Positions 13,256 through 22,913 of a stretch of DNA of 64,000 nt are shown here, one piece after another. Each line of letters starts with the position of its first letter. The first letter of the stretch is position 1. The notes beneath the pieces were generated by a model that saw nothing but the letters and a program-made list of their open reading frames with translations, did no database searches and was not told the DNA's origin. The translations under genes and the position numbers were made by a program. This stretch comes from Longimicrobiales bacterium (GTDB taxonomy: Bacteria; Gemmatimonadota; Gemmatimonadetes; Longimicrobiales; Gaopeijiaceae). The DNA lies in the NCBI GenBank assembly GCA_041690395.1, contig JAWLHJ010000001.1:480001-544000 (forward strand), written 5' to 3'.

Positions 13256-13951
13256 TTGGCGATGCACCTGTACGCCGCACTGCTCCAGATCCCGGGCGTC
13301 GATGCCCCTGCGCTCACATGGCAGGAGCAGATCTCGACGAACTGGGAGAACACCGGCTTCATGCGCTGGCCGCTCGCTTTCTGTCTGGCGCTGGGCATCA
13401 TCGTCATCATCGTCAAGTTCATCTCCCTGACGGCGAAGGCTGCGAAGACGCGCCAGATCCTCAAGGACGTCGACGAGCTTCTGACGCAGCGCCGGATCAA
13501 AGAGGCGCTCGAGCTGACCCGTGACACCGACGCGCCGGCCGCGAACATCCTCTACGCCGGTCTCGAGCGTCATGAGGAAGGCACCGAGCGCGTCATGAAG
13601 GCGATCGAGAACCAGGGCCTCATCGAGATGAGCAAGCTCGAGAAGGGTCTCGTGGTCCTCGCCACGCTGACGAACGTCGCGCCGCTCCTCGGCTTCCTCG
13701 GAACGGTGATCGGTATGATCATCGCCTTCCAGTCGATCGAGGCCGCAGGTGAGGTCGAGGCGACGCTGGTTGCCGGTGGTATTAAGGTCGCGCTCCTGAC
13801 GACCGCGATCGGTCTGATGATCGCGATCCCGGTGTCGATCGGTCACAACTACTTCGTGGCCCGCATCGACAGCCTCGTGATCGACATGGAGGAGTCCGCC
13901 CAGAAGATGGTCGACACCCTCCACGCCATCGAGACGGGGCGCGCCAGCTAG
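13256..13951 (+). CDS. MotA/TolQ/ExbB proton channel family protein
   Basis: APLLGFLGTVIGMI...GGIKVALLTTAIGLMIAIP; start is TTG 13256 or ATG 13262 after GGAGG. Confidence 0.93.
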   Translation: MAMHLYAALLQIPGVDAPALTWQEQISTNWENTGFMRWPLAFCLALGIIVIIVKFISLTAKAAKTRQILKDVDELLTQRRIKEALELTRDTDAPAANILYAGLERHEEGTERVMKAIENQGLIEMSKLEKGLVVLATLTNVAPLLGFLGTVIGMIIAFQSIEAAGEVEATLVAGGIKVALLTTAIGLMIAIPVSIGHNYFVARIDSLVIDMEESAQKMVDTLHAIETGRAS

Positions 13952-13988
13952 GACGGCGCTTCCGGAAGTACACGGCGCGAGCCGAACG

Positions 13989-14019
13989 AGGGCCGGTCCG
14001 GGTTTCCCGGGCCGGCCCT
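13989..14019 (+). terminator. GC-rich hairpin after the exbB-like gene
   Basis: AGGGCCGGTCCGGG-TTT-CCCGGGCCGGCCCT, 14-bp stem with one G.T pair; weak U-tract. Confidence 0.5.
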
Positions 14020-14107
14020 TCGTGCGTTGGTGCGGCGCGGGCGGGTGCGCCGGCGGAGGGGGCTGGTTGGTGGGCGGCGCCGGCGGGCGAGAGCTTCGGA
14101 TCGGCAG

Positions 14108-14253
14108 TTCGAAAGTCGTTCGAAAGTCGAACGAGTTGCGAGGGCCCGTGGGTAGCCGGCCTCGTGCGTTCGTCCGCGCGCTACGGGGCTTTCCGCGGCA
14201 GGCGTCGTCGTGACGTGACGGCTGCGATCGTTCGAACCTCGAACGACTTTCGA
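14108..14253 (+). repeat. Dispersed ~146-bp inverted-arm element, copy 2 (146 bp)
   Basis: TTCGAAAGTCGTTCGAAAGTCGAACGA ... GATCGTTCGAACCTCGAACGACTTTCGA. Confidence 0.93.
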
Positions 14254-14323
14254 TTCCGCTGGCGGGAACCTTGCAGCGTGATTATCGATAGCTGAGGTAC
14301 TCCCACTCCGCGCCGGACACACC

Positions 14324-16792
14324 ATGCCCAGAAGCTTGATCCCCTGCAGCGTCACCGTACTGGCCCTGATCGTGCTGGCCAACGGTCCGCGCTGGAGTGA
14401 CCGCGGGCTCGTGCCCGACGACTGGGCGACCTCGGGGCTCGTGACATCGGCGTACGCCGACGAGGGTCTGCCGGGTGAGGCGCTCCACGTGCCCAGCGAC
14501 CCGGTCCACCGGGCGCTCGCGCGGCTCCGCGCGGCGGGGGCGACCTCGCTCGATGCGCCCTCCGACTCCGCGCTGGACGAGCTCGCGGCCGGCCGCTACT
14601 GGCACGCCGCGCTCGCGCTCCGCGCGGAGGGCATGGCCGACTCCGACCCCGAGCACGTTCTCCTGCTGGCCAGCGCCGAGGCCGGCTGGAACAACTGGAC
14701 GGGGGTGCGCCTGCTGCTCGACGATGCCGACTGGCTTGAAGAGGTCGGCGAAGGCGACGGCCTGTTCCTGATGGGCCGGGCGCTGGAGCGGGCCGAGCGC
14801 TGGTCCGAGGCGGCGGCCGCCTTCGACCGCTACATCGACGTCGCCGGTGGCGACGCGGCCGAGCGATCGGCCGCGCGGGTGCGGGGGGTGCGGGCGCTCT
14901 GGCGGGCCGGGGAGCGTGAGGCCGCGGAGCAGGGACTCGAGATGCTCGTCGGGACGCCCACCGTGCGGAGCTGGCTCGCCGCCGACCTGGTCCGCGAGGC
15001 CGTGGCGGAGGGAGACACGGTGGCGACCCGGACGCTCCTCACCCGCGTCACCGACGAGGTCGCCCTGGACGAGGTGTGGCGTGCCGAGGCCGACGCGCTG
15101 CTCGCGGCGGACGACCCGGAGCGTGCGCTCGATGCCTTCGAAGCACTGGTCGAGCGGCTCGGGTCCGAGGGCGCTTCGGAGCGCCGCGTGGCGGAAACCC
15201 ACGTCGAGGTCGGCCTGCTCCGCCTCGCCGCCGGCGACACCACCGCCGCGTTGGACGCGCTGACCGCGGGCTTCGAGGACACGGCGGGCTCCGCTCTGTC
15301 GCGCGCCGCGGCGGCGCTGGTCGACATCGGCGGGCAGGACGCCGCCACCAACCTGCGGCTGGCGTCGATCCTGGACCGCGCCGGCGACGGACGACGCGCC
15401 CTGCGCGCCTATGACCGGGCCCACCGCCTGGCGAACGACCTCGGCCAGCCGATGCCCGCGTCGGCCCGTCTCGAGCGGGCCCGCCTCATGGCGACCGTCC
15501 GCGATCGCCAGGACGAAGCGCTCGAGGAGTTTCGCGAGCTCCGCGAGTCACTCGACGACCCGGGCTTGGCCGCGCGCAACCTGGAGATCTGGGCGCGCAT
15601 GCGAGAGCGCCAGGGTCGCACGGGCGACGTGAGGACGCTCCGTGGATGGCTCGTGGACGAGTACCCCGGGAGCGACCAGGCCGCCGAGGTCGTCTTCATG
15701 CGCGGATACGACGCCGAGCAGGCCGGGCGCGTGGGTGAGGCCCTCCGACACTACGAGGCGGTCGCCGAGGCGGCCCGGAGCCACAGCCGGGCCGGCCAGG
15801 CGCGCATGCGGGCGGGCCAGATCCACCTGGCGCGTGGCGAGACGGGGCGCGCCGCCGAGACCTTCGAGGCGTATCTCACCGACTTCCCGGAGGGGCGGCG
15901 TTGGGAGGAGGCCGCCTACTGGGCGGGCCGGACCCGACTGGAGGCCGGCGACCGGGAGGCGGGCCTCGGGCATCTGCGGCGCGTCATGGGCCAGCCGATC
16001 TCCTACTACGCGGTGATGGCCGCGGACCTGGCCGAAGAGGCGTACACGGTCGAGCTCGAGCCCGGGGTCGACCCGGTCGAGCCCGATTGGCTGACCGATG
16101 GGCTCTCCCGCCTCGACGTGCTGGCCGACGCCGAGCTCCGACGGGGCGCCGACGCCGAGGTCGCGCGGCTCCGCGACCGGGCCCGTGGCGACCGTGCGGT
16201 GACCGTGCGGCTCGCGGAAGCGCTCATCGAGCGGGGCCGGACCATCGATGGCATCAACCTGGGCTGGGCCCTGGTCGACGACGGCGGCTGGGACCGCGCC
16301 GTGCTCCGGATCACCTTCCCGTTCCCGTACCGCGAGCTGGTACGGCGGGAAGCCGAGGAGTGGGGCGTCGACCCGATCATGCTGGCCGCGCTCATCCGTC
16401 AGGAGTCGGCGTTCAAGGCCGACATCGTGAGCCACGCGGGGGCGATCGGGCTCATGCAGGTCATGCCGCCCACCGGAGCCCAGCTCGCCAGGGCCCACGG
16501 CCCGGCCGGCTTCACGTCCGACGCGCTGTCGAACCCGGAGGTGAACCTGCACCTCGGCTCGGCGTTCCTGGTGGAGATGACCCGCCGTTTCGACGGCGCG
16601 CTCCCGCTCGTGCTCTCCGCGTACAACGCCGGGCCCTCCCGGGCGGTGCGTTGGCGCGAGTTCCCGGAGATGGCGGACGAGCTCCGATTTACCGAGCGGA
16701 TCCCGTTCGTCGAGACCCGCGGCTACGTGAAGAACGTGCGCCGTAATCTGGGCCTCTACCGGGCGCTGTACGGGGACGACGAGCTGGACTGA
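14324..16792 (+). CDS. Soluble lytic murein transglycosylase (Slt70-like) with TPR repeats
   Basis: C-terminal ALIRQESAF, GAIGLMQVMP, AYNAGP, IPFVETRGYVKNV; helical repeat N-terminal region. Confidence 0.9.
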   Translation: MPRSLIPCSVTVLALIVLANGPRWSDRGLVPDDWATSGLVTSAYADEGLPGEALHVPSDPVHRALARLRAAGATSLDAPSDSALDELAAGRYWHAALALRAEGMADSDPEHVLLLASAEAGWNNWTGVRLLLDDADWLEEVGEGDGLFLMGRALERAERWSEAAAAFDRYIDVAGGDAAERSAARVRGVRALWRAGEREAAEQGLEMLVGTPTVRSWLAADLVREAVAEGDTVATRTLLTRVTDEVALDEVWRAEADALLAADDPERALDAFEALVERLGSEGASERRVAETHVEVGLLRLAAGDTTAALDALTAGFEDTAGSALSRAAAALVDIGGQDAATNLRLASILDRAGDGRRALRAYDRAHRLANDLGQPMPASARLERARLMATVRDRQDEALEEFRELRESLDDPGLAARNLEIWARMRERQGRTGDVRTLRGWLVDEYPGSDQAAEVVFMRGYDAEQAGRVGEALRHYEAVAEAARSHSRAGQARMRAGQIHLARGETGRAAETFEAYLTDFPEGRRWEEAAYWAGRTRLEAGDREAGLGHLRRVMGQPISYYAVMAADLAEEAYTVELEPGVDPVEPDWLTDGLSRLDVLADAELRRGADAEVARLRDRARGDRAVTVRLAEALIERGRTIDGINLGWALVDDGGWDRAVLRITFPFPYRELVRREAEEWGVDPIMLAALIRQESAFKADIVSHAGAIGLMQVMPPTGAQLARAHGPAGFTSDALSNPEVNLHLGSAFLVEMTRRFDGALPLVLSAYNAGPSRAVRWREFPEMADELRFTERIPFVETRGYVKNVRRNLGLYRALYGDDELD

Positions 16793-16891
16793 GCGTCTTT
16801 CGGTCGCCGGCCGCGGGCCCGCTTGCGCCGACGTCGTCCCTGTATCTAAGGTGGATCTGAGAAGGAAGTCTCCTGGAGCGGAGGATACGCG

Positions 16892-17089
16892 ATGAAGGGA
16901 ACCGTGAAGTGGTTCAACGACTCGAAGGGATACGGCTTCATCAAGCCCCCGGAGGGCGACGAGGTCTTCGTCCACTTTTCGGCGATCGTCGGGGACGGCT
17001 TCCGGACCCTGGCCGAGGGCGATGAAGTGGAGTTCGAGATCCAGGAATCCGATCGCGGAGTGAAGGCGGCGAACGTCATCCGCGCCTGA
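16892..17089 (+). CDS. Cold-shock protein
   Basis: [32 protein letters not shown]; upstream TTGCGC-N18-TAAGGT (16823-16852). Confidence 0.97.
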   Translation: MKGTVKWFNDSKGYGFIKPPEGDEVFVHFSAIVGDGFRTLAEGDEVEFEIQESDRGVKAANVIRA

Positions 17090-17199
17090 CGTCCCGGCCC
17101 GGTGGTCGGGGGGGCGGGTTCGCCCGATCGGAGCCATCCGATATCTTCGTGCGTCCTTGAGCCAGCCCACGGGCTGCCGACCCCCGACCCCGATCCGCC

Positions 17200-19977
17200 T
17201 TGGACATCCCGCCCAAGACCGTCCCACGCATCTTCCTGATCGACGCGTACGCGCTCATCTACCGCTCGTACTTCGCGTTCATCAACCGGCCGCTCACCAA
17301 CGCCCAGGGCGAGAACACCTCCGCCCCGTTCGGCTTCACGCGGTTCCTCCTCGACATCCGGGAGAAGTTCGAGCCGGACTACCTCGCCGTGGTGTTCGAC
17401 GCGGGCAGCTCGTTCCGCGACGAGATGTACCCGGATTACAAGGCGACCCGCGAGAAGATGCCCGACGACCTGCGGGCGAGCCTCCCACGGGTGCGGGCCA
17501 TCGTGGAGGGCTTCAACGACGCGGTGCTGGAGCTCGACGGGTACGAGGCCGACGACGTGATCGGGACGCTCGCCCTCAAAGCGCGGGATGCCGGGCTGGA
17601 AGCCGTGATCGTCTCGGGCGACAAGGACTTCTACCAGCTCGTGCAGCCGGGCGTGCACCTCATGAACCCGGGGCGCGGCGGGGCGAACGGCGTCGCCGCC
17701 GAGTGGGTCAGCGAGGTGAACGCGCACGAGAAGTTCGGGGTCCCGCCGAACCGTGTGATCGACTATCTGGCCCTCGTGGGTGACTCTTCGGACAACGTGC
17801 CGGGAGCGCGCGGCATCGGCCCCAAGACGGCCGTGAAGCTCATCGAAGGGTATCCGGACATCGAGTCCCTGCTCGCCGCGGACGACGTGAAGCCGGCCCG
17901 GGCCGCGAAGGCGCTGCAGGAGCACGCCGACGACGTGCGGGTCTCCAGGCGGCTCGTCACGATCATGACCGATCTGCCGGTCGACCTCGACCTCGAGCGG
18001 CTCGCGCTCGGCGATCCGAACAACGACGAACTCCGGGACATCTTCCTGGAGCTCGAGTTCCGGCGGCTCACGGAGCAATTCGCGGAGGCGGCCCAGGAGG
18101 AGGGCGCTCCGGTCGAGGGGCTCGCCCGGGCCGACGTCGAGTACCGCGTGGTGGCGGACGCCGCCGAGCTGGACGCGCTCGTCGACCGCCTGCGGGGCGA
18201 GGAGGTCGTCTCGGTCTTCGCGCAGGCGTCCGAAGCGGATATACTGCGCGGCGAGCTGGTCGGCGTGGCGTTCGCGGTGCCGGGCGGCGAGGCGTGGTAC
18301 CTGCCGCTCGGGCACGCCCAGCGGTTCGAGCTGGCGTTCGAGGGGGAGGGGGACGACGGGCCGGCGAACCTGCCGCGGCTCGACGGAGAGAGCGCGGCCA
18401 AGCTGCGCGCGTATCTGGAGGACGAGGGCGCGGCCAAGGTGGGCCATGACCTCAAAGCCACCGCGTTGGCGCTTTCGCTGCACGGCATCACGCTGCGCGG
18501 GATGGCGTTCGACGGCATGGTGGCGAGCTACGTCATCGATCCCGGCCGGCGGAGTCACGACCTGGGCACGCTCTCCATGGAGCTGCTGGGGCACAAGCCG
18601 AAGGAGCTGGCCGACGTCATCGGCTCCGGGCGCGACAAGGTGGCCGTCGTGGAAGGCGGCGTGGAGCGCATGCGGGACTACCTGTGCGAGCACGCGCACG
18701 TGACGCTCGAGCTACGCCCGCACCTCGTATCACAGCTCGAAGAGCACGAGTTGGCGGGTCTGATGCGGGACCTCGAGATGCCCCTGGTGCCCGTGTTGGC
18801 GCGTATGGAGCGCGCGGGCATCAGAATCGACGACGACTTCTTCAGGACGATGCGGATCCGGCTCAAGCGCGAGCTCGATCAGATCCAGGAGGAGATCTTC
18901 AAGATCGCGGGCGGGGACTTCAACCTGAACTCCACGCCCCAGCTCCGGCAGGTCCTCTTCGAGAAGCTCGACCTCCCGGTGCTCAAGAAGACCAAGACCG
19001 GCCCTTCGACCGACGCGTCGGTGCTCGAGGAGCTGGCTGAGATGGGCCATCAGGTGCCGCGCCTGATGATGGAGTACCGCGAGCTCGAGAAGCTGCGTTC
19101 GACCTACGTCGACGCGCTGCCGCAGCTGGTGAACCCGCGCACCGGGCGCATCCACACGAGCTTCAACCAGACCGTGGCGGCAACGGGCCGGCTGTCGTCC
19201 AGCGATCCGAACCTCCAGAACATTCCGATCCGGACCGACCTCGGGCGCGAGATCCGGAAGGGCTTCGTGGCCGACCCCGGGACGCTCTTCCTGGCCGTCG
19301 ACTACTCCCAGATCGAGCTGCGCGTGCTGGCGCACTTTTCCGGCGATCCCGCATTCGTGAAGGCGTTCCGCGAGGGGATCGACGTGCACCGGCAGACCGC
19401 CTCCGTGATCTTCGACGTGGACGTCGACGACGTGACCGCCGACATGCGGGGGCGCGCCAAGACCGTGAACTTCGCCACCCTGTACGGCCAGGGTCCCTTC
19501 TCTCTGGCGAAGCGCCTCGGCATCTCCCGGGAAGAGGCGAAGGCGTTTATCGACACGTACTTCGAGCGGTTCCAGGGGGTTCGCGACTTCCTCGATGCGC
19601 AGGTGGAGTCGGCGAAGGAGCTGGGGTACGTGGAGACGCTCCTCGGGCGGCGCCGCTACGTCCCGGAGTTGAAGTCCGGGAACTGGAACATGCGGCAGTT
19701 CGGCGAGCGCGTGGCGCAGAACACGCCCATCCAGGGGACCGCCGCCGATCTCATGAAGAAGGCGATGATCGAGGTCCAGGACGCGCTGGACGAGGCCGAG
19801 ACGTCGGCGACCATTCTGCTCCAGGTGCACGACGAGCTCCTGCTCGAGGTGCCGGAGGGTGAGGTCGACGAGGCCCGCGACATCGTGGTGTCGCACATGG
19901 AGGGCGCGCTGGAGCTCGACGTGCCGCTCGTGGCGGACACGGGTGTGGGGCCGAACTGGTACGAGTGTAAGGGCTGA
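17200..19977 (+). CDS. polA: DNA polymerase I
   Basis: 5'-3' exonuclease motifs (LIDAY, YKATR, EADDVI, SGDKD, GDSSDN); polymerase motifs TGRLSSSDPNLQNIP, DYSQIELR, AKTVNF, LQVHDEL. Confidence 0.98.
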   Translation: MDIPPKTVPRIFLIDAYALIYRSYFAFINRPLTNAQGENTSAPFGFTRFLLDIREKFEPDYLAVVFDAGSSFRDEMYPDYKATREKMPDDLRASLPRVRAIVEGFNDAVLELDGYEADDVIGTLALKARDAGLEAVIVSGDKDFYQLVQPGVHLMNPGRGGANGVAAEWVSEVNAHEKFGVPPNRVIDYLALVGDSSDNVPGARGIGPKTAVKLIEGYPDIESLLAADDVKPARAAKALQEHADDVRVSRRLVTIMTDLPVDLDLERLALGDPNNDELRDIFLELEFRRLTEQFAEAAQEEGAPVEGLARADVEYRVVADAAELDALVDRLRGEEVVSVFAQASEADILRGELVGVAFAVPGGEAWYLPLGHAQRFELAFEGEGDDGPANLPRLDGESAAKLRAYLEDEGAAKVGHDLKATALALSLHGITLRGMAFDGMVASYVIDPGRRSHDLGTLSMELLGHKPKELADVIGSGRDKVAVVEGGVERMRDYLCEHAHVTLELRPHLVSQLEEHELAGLMRDLEMPLVPVLARMERAGIRIDDDFFRTMRIRLKRELDQIQEEIFKIAGGDFNLNSTPQLRQVLFEKLDLPVLKKTKTGPSTDASVLEELAEMGHQVPRLMMEYRELEKLRSTYVDALPQLVNPRTGRIHTSFNQTVAATGRLSSSDPNLQNIPIRTDLGREIRKGFVADPGTLFLAVDYSQIELRVLAHFSGDPAFVKAFREGIDVHRQTASVIFDVDVDDVTADMRGRAKTVNFATLYGQGPFSLAKRLGISREEAKAFIDTYFERFQGVRDFLDAQVESAKELGYVETLLGRRRYVPELKSGNWNMRQFGERVAQNTPIQGTAADLMKKAMIEVQDALDEAETSATILLQVHDELLLEVPEGEVDEARDIVVSHMEGALELDVPLVADTGVGPNWYECKG

Positions 19978-20105
19978 TATCCGTCCCGTCCTCCCATCCG
20001 GGCGCCCCGCCGCTGGACCCATCGTTGGGGTCGACAGGAGCCGGAGCGCGCCCCGCCCGAGGCGGGCGGCCCCTCCGGCCGCACACCCAACCGGAGGACA
20101 GCACC

Positions 20106-20474
20106 ATGAGCCGCTCCATCAACAAGATCACCCTGATCGGGAACGTCGGCCGCGATCCCGACGTCCAGCAGACCAAGAACGGAACCAAGGTGGCGCACTT
20201 CTCGCTCGCGACGAACCGGCGGCCGGCGCCCGGCGCGGAAGACGAGGAGCAGCGCACCGATTGGCACCGCCTCACGCTCTGGAACCGGCTCGCCCAGTTC
20301 GCCGAGGACTACATCCGCACCGGTGACCGGATCTACGTCGAGGGGCGCCTCGAGTACGACTCGTACGAGCGCGACGGGGTCGTGATCCCGACGGCCGAGG
20401 TCGTGGTGCGGGAGGTCGTGCTGCTGTCGGCGAAGAGCGCGGCGGACGAAGAGGAGATGTCCGAGGCGGCGTGA
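20106..20474 (+). CDS. ssb: Single-stranded DNA-binding protein (short form, 122 aa)
   Basis: SINKITLIGNVGRDPD, FSLATN, TDWHR, IYVEGRL; RBS GGAGG. Confidence 0.9.
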   Translation: MSRSINKITLIGNVGRDPDVQQTKNGTKVAHFSLATNRRPAPGAEDEEQRTDWHRLTLWNRLAQFAEDYIRTGDRIYVEGRLEYDSYERDGVVIPTAEVVVREVVLLSAKSAADEEEMSEAA

Positions 20475-20482
20475 CGAGGAGC

Positions 20483-20517
20483 GAGCCCGCGGGTTCGGGC
20501 CCTGGGCCCGCGGGCTC
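20483..20517. terminator. Hairpin between convergent genes
   Basis: GAGCCCGCGGGTTCGGG-C-CCTGGGCCCGCGGGCTC, followed by short GGACTCGCGGG tandem copies. Confidence 0.5.
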
Positions 20518-20567
20518 CCCGGACTCGCGGGCTCCCCCCGGACTCGCGGGTCTGCCCCCCGGCCCGC

Positions 20568-22697
20568 CTACAGCCAGGGCGTGAGCCCCGGGGCGATCGA
20601 GAAGACCGCCTCCCAGCCGCCGCCGTCGAGGCCGCGGACGAGATCGACGCGCATGACGTCCCAGGCCATCGACAGCCCCGCGCCGATGGACGCCCGTATG
20701 CCGTCCGAGTCGGTGGGCGTCCAGAGCTCGGGCAGCGTACGGTCGCCCAGGTAGGTCGCGCCGAGCGCTCCGACGAGGCGGATACCGACCCACTTCTCGT
20801 GCACCGGGAAGGTGGTCTCGCTCCGGACCAGCCAGTAGCGGTCGCCGACGAATCCGCGGTAGTCGTGCCCGGCCAGCGTGTGGCGGCCGCCGAGCAGGTA
20901 GAGGGCCTGGGCCGGTGCGCCTCCGGTCACGCCTCCGGCCGACGCGCTGAGTACCCCGTGGCCCTCCAGGAACGGGAGCTCGTAGCTGCGGGACGCGTCC
21001 ACTTCGGCGGTCGCGAAGTTGCTCGTCTCCATGCGCCCCGCGGTGAGCGTGACGGTCGTCGAGAGGTTCCGCGACGGCTGGAAGGGGAGCGCGAGCTCGA
21101 TGCTCCCGAGCGTCCCCCGATCGATGCCCCGTACGGGCCGCCACTCCGTTGCTTCGGGGTCGTCGGCGACGACATTGGTCGCCTGGTGGTGCTGCTCCCA
21201 CCGGAGCGTGAGCGACGGGCCCGTCAGGCCCCGGCCGGTCCGGAACGCCAGGGCGGCGCCGCGCGTGAAGTACGGGTCGAGGAAGTCCTCCTCGCCGGAG
21301 AGGGCGGCGATCGTGTTCTCGAGCGGAGGGGCGCCGGGGTGTCCCCCGATGTCCCGCATGTCGTTCCAGTAGAGCCGCACCTCGGGTCGAATCCGGGTGG
21401 TTCGGGCCGACTCGATGGACAATGCGCCGGTGGGCTCGCCGCGTCCGAAGGCGTATCCAGCGGAACCCCGCATGCGGATGTCGTTCGCGGGGCGCACCGT
21501 GAGGCCGGCGCCCAGGAAGGCCCCCTCGCCACGGTTGTAGCGGAAGAACTCGGAGATCCTGGAGAGGTGGAAGCGGAAAGGGGCGAGGCCGGACAGGTAC
21601 CGGTCCTCGACGACCTCCCGGACCTGCGTCTCGACGTCCTCCAGCGCCGGCGTCGTGCTGAGCCCTTCCTCGTCCAGGTCGTCGAGCAGCCCCTGCTCGA
21701 ACTGGAACGCTTCGCGTTGGGCCGGCGATGCCGAGCTGACGTTGCGGCCGGCGAAGGTGAGCGGGCCGAAGTCGACGTTGAAGTCGTAGTCCCTCACCTC
21801 GAAACGTCCCCGGATGACGCTCCCCGCCATGAAGTCGAGGAGGGGGATCTCGCGCCGGATCTCCATCTCCTGCCGGTAGGGGAGCCAGTGGCGGCCCATC
21901 CAGAGGGAGTTGTCGAGCGACACCCGGATGTAGTCGACGTACGGATCGACGTAGGACGCGGGGGTGAACGAGAAGTTCATGCGCACGATGGCGCCGGACG
22001 CCTGGTCGACGAACACGCTTCCGACGAAGCCGGGTTGGTCGAGACGCTTCGGGCGCACCCGCAGCTCGAACACCCGGATGTCGCCGCCGCCCTCCGGGAA
22101 GCGGAGGGTCAGCGAGTCGTTCAGCATGAAGTCGTAGACCGACTCGGAGCCCGGGGCCGCGGGGTGTGGGACGGCGGACACCTCGTCGCCGTCGCCCATG
22201 CGGATGTTGTCGCCGAAGTCGTCCTGGACCACGGTCAGGTGATCGAGGTGATAGCGGATGTCGGTCGGCAGGAATTTCTCGTCACGAAGCCCGATGATGT
22301 GCTGCCGGGTGCGGTCGGGGGCCTGCCACATGACCTCGAGCGCGATCTGGTCGGCCTTCACGAGCGAGCGCAGGTCCTGGTCGGGCCGGTCCATGAAGAA
22401 GTAGACGTAGCCCCGCGCCTGAGCCCGGTAGGAGTGCATGGTGCTGTCCACGACGAGCGACTGGCGCTGCTCGCGTGCGCGCTGGACGAGGCGAAGGGCG
22501 CGTGGAGCGTTCCAGGTCCCCGCGGCCACGTCGGACTCCGCGAGCGCCGGATCGGTCATGGGGGGAACGTCCTGTCCGGCCGCGGTCCGCGGGGCGAGCG
22601 CCAGGCCGAGGAGGGCTCCGCCCACCAGGGCCGCGCGGACGAAGCCCGCGGCCGCCGTGCGGGCCGTGCGGGTCGAGCGCACCAACGCCGTCGTCAT
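20568..22697 (-). CDS. Exported hypothetical protein, probable outer-membrane beta-barrel C-terminus
   Basis: Signal-peptide-like N-terminus; C-terminal LGGRHTLAGHDYRGFVGD resembles the Omp85-type (L)RGY loop; alternating beta-strand pattern. Confidence 0.55.
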   Translation of the reverse strand: MTTALVRSTRTARTAAAGFVRAALVGGALLGLALAPRTAAGQDVPPMTDPALAESDVAAGTWNAPRALRLVQRAREQRQSLVVDSTMHSYRAQARGYVYFFMDRPDQDLRSLVKADQIALEVMWQAPDRTRQHIIGLRDEKFLPTDIRYHLDHLTVVQDDFGDNIRMGDGDEVSAVPHPAAPGSESVYDFMLNDSLTLRFPEGGGDIRVFELRVRPKRLDQPGFVGSVFVDQASGAIVRMNFSFTPASYVDPYVDYIRVSLDNSLWMGRHWLPYRQEMEIRREIPLLDFMAGSVIRGRFEVRDYDFNVDFGPLTFAGRNVSSASPAQREAFQFEQGLLDDLDEEGLSTTPALEDVETQVREVVEDRYLSGLAPFRFHLSRISEFFRYNRGEGAFLGAGLTVRPANDIRMRGSAGYAFGRGEPTGALSIESARTTRIRPEVRLYWNDMRDIGGHPGAPPLENTIAALSGEEDFLDPYFTRGAALAFRTGRGLTGPSLTLRWEQHHQATNVVADDPEATEWRPVRGIDRGTLGSIELALPFQPSRNLSTTVTLTAGRMETSNFATAEVDASRSYELPFLEGHGVLSASAGGVTGGAPAQALYLLGGRHTLAGHDYRGFVGDRYWLVRSETTFPVHEKWVGIRLVGALGATYLGDRTLPELWTPTDSDGIRASIGAGLSMAWDVMRVDLVRGLDGGGWEAVFSIAPGLTPWL

Positions 22698-22913
22698 GAC
22701 GAGGGGCGCGGTGGGCGCGAGGATACGGGTCGGCGATACGGCACGGCGGGATCTCCGAAGGGAGGCCTCGGGGCGGGATGGGCTCCCTGGTGGTACGCGG
22801 CGCTCACCCGGGCGGTTCCGGAACGCGAGAGGCCCTCCCCGGGGGAAGGGCCTCTCGTGGAGCGGCGGGTTCGAGCGCGAGCCGAGCGGATCGCGCGGCC
22901 CGGCGGGGTCGCG

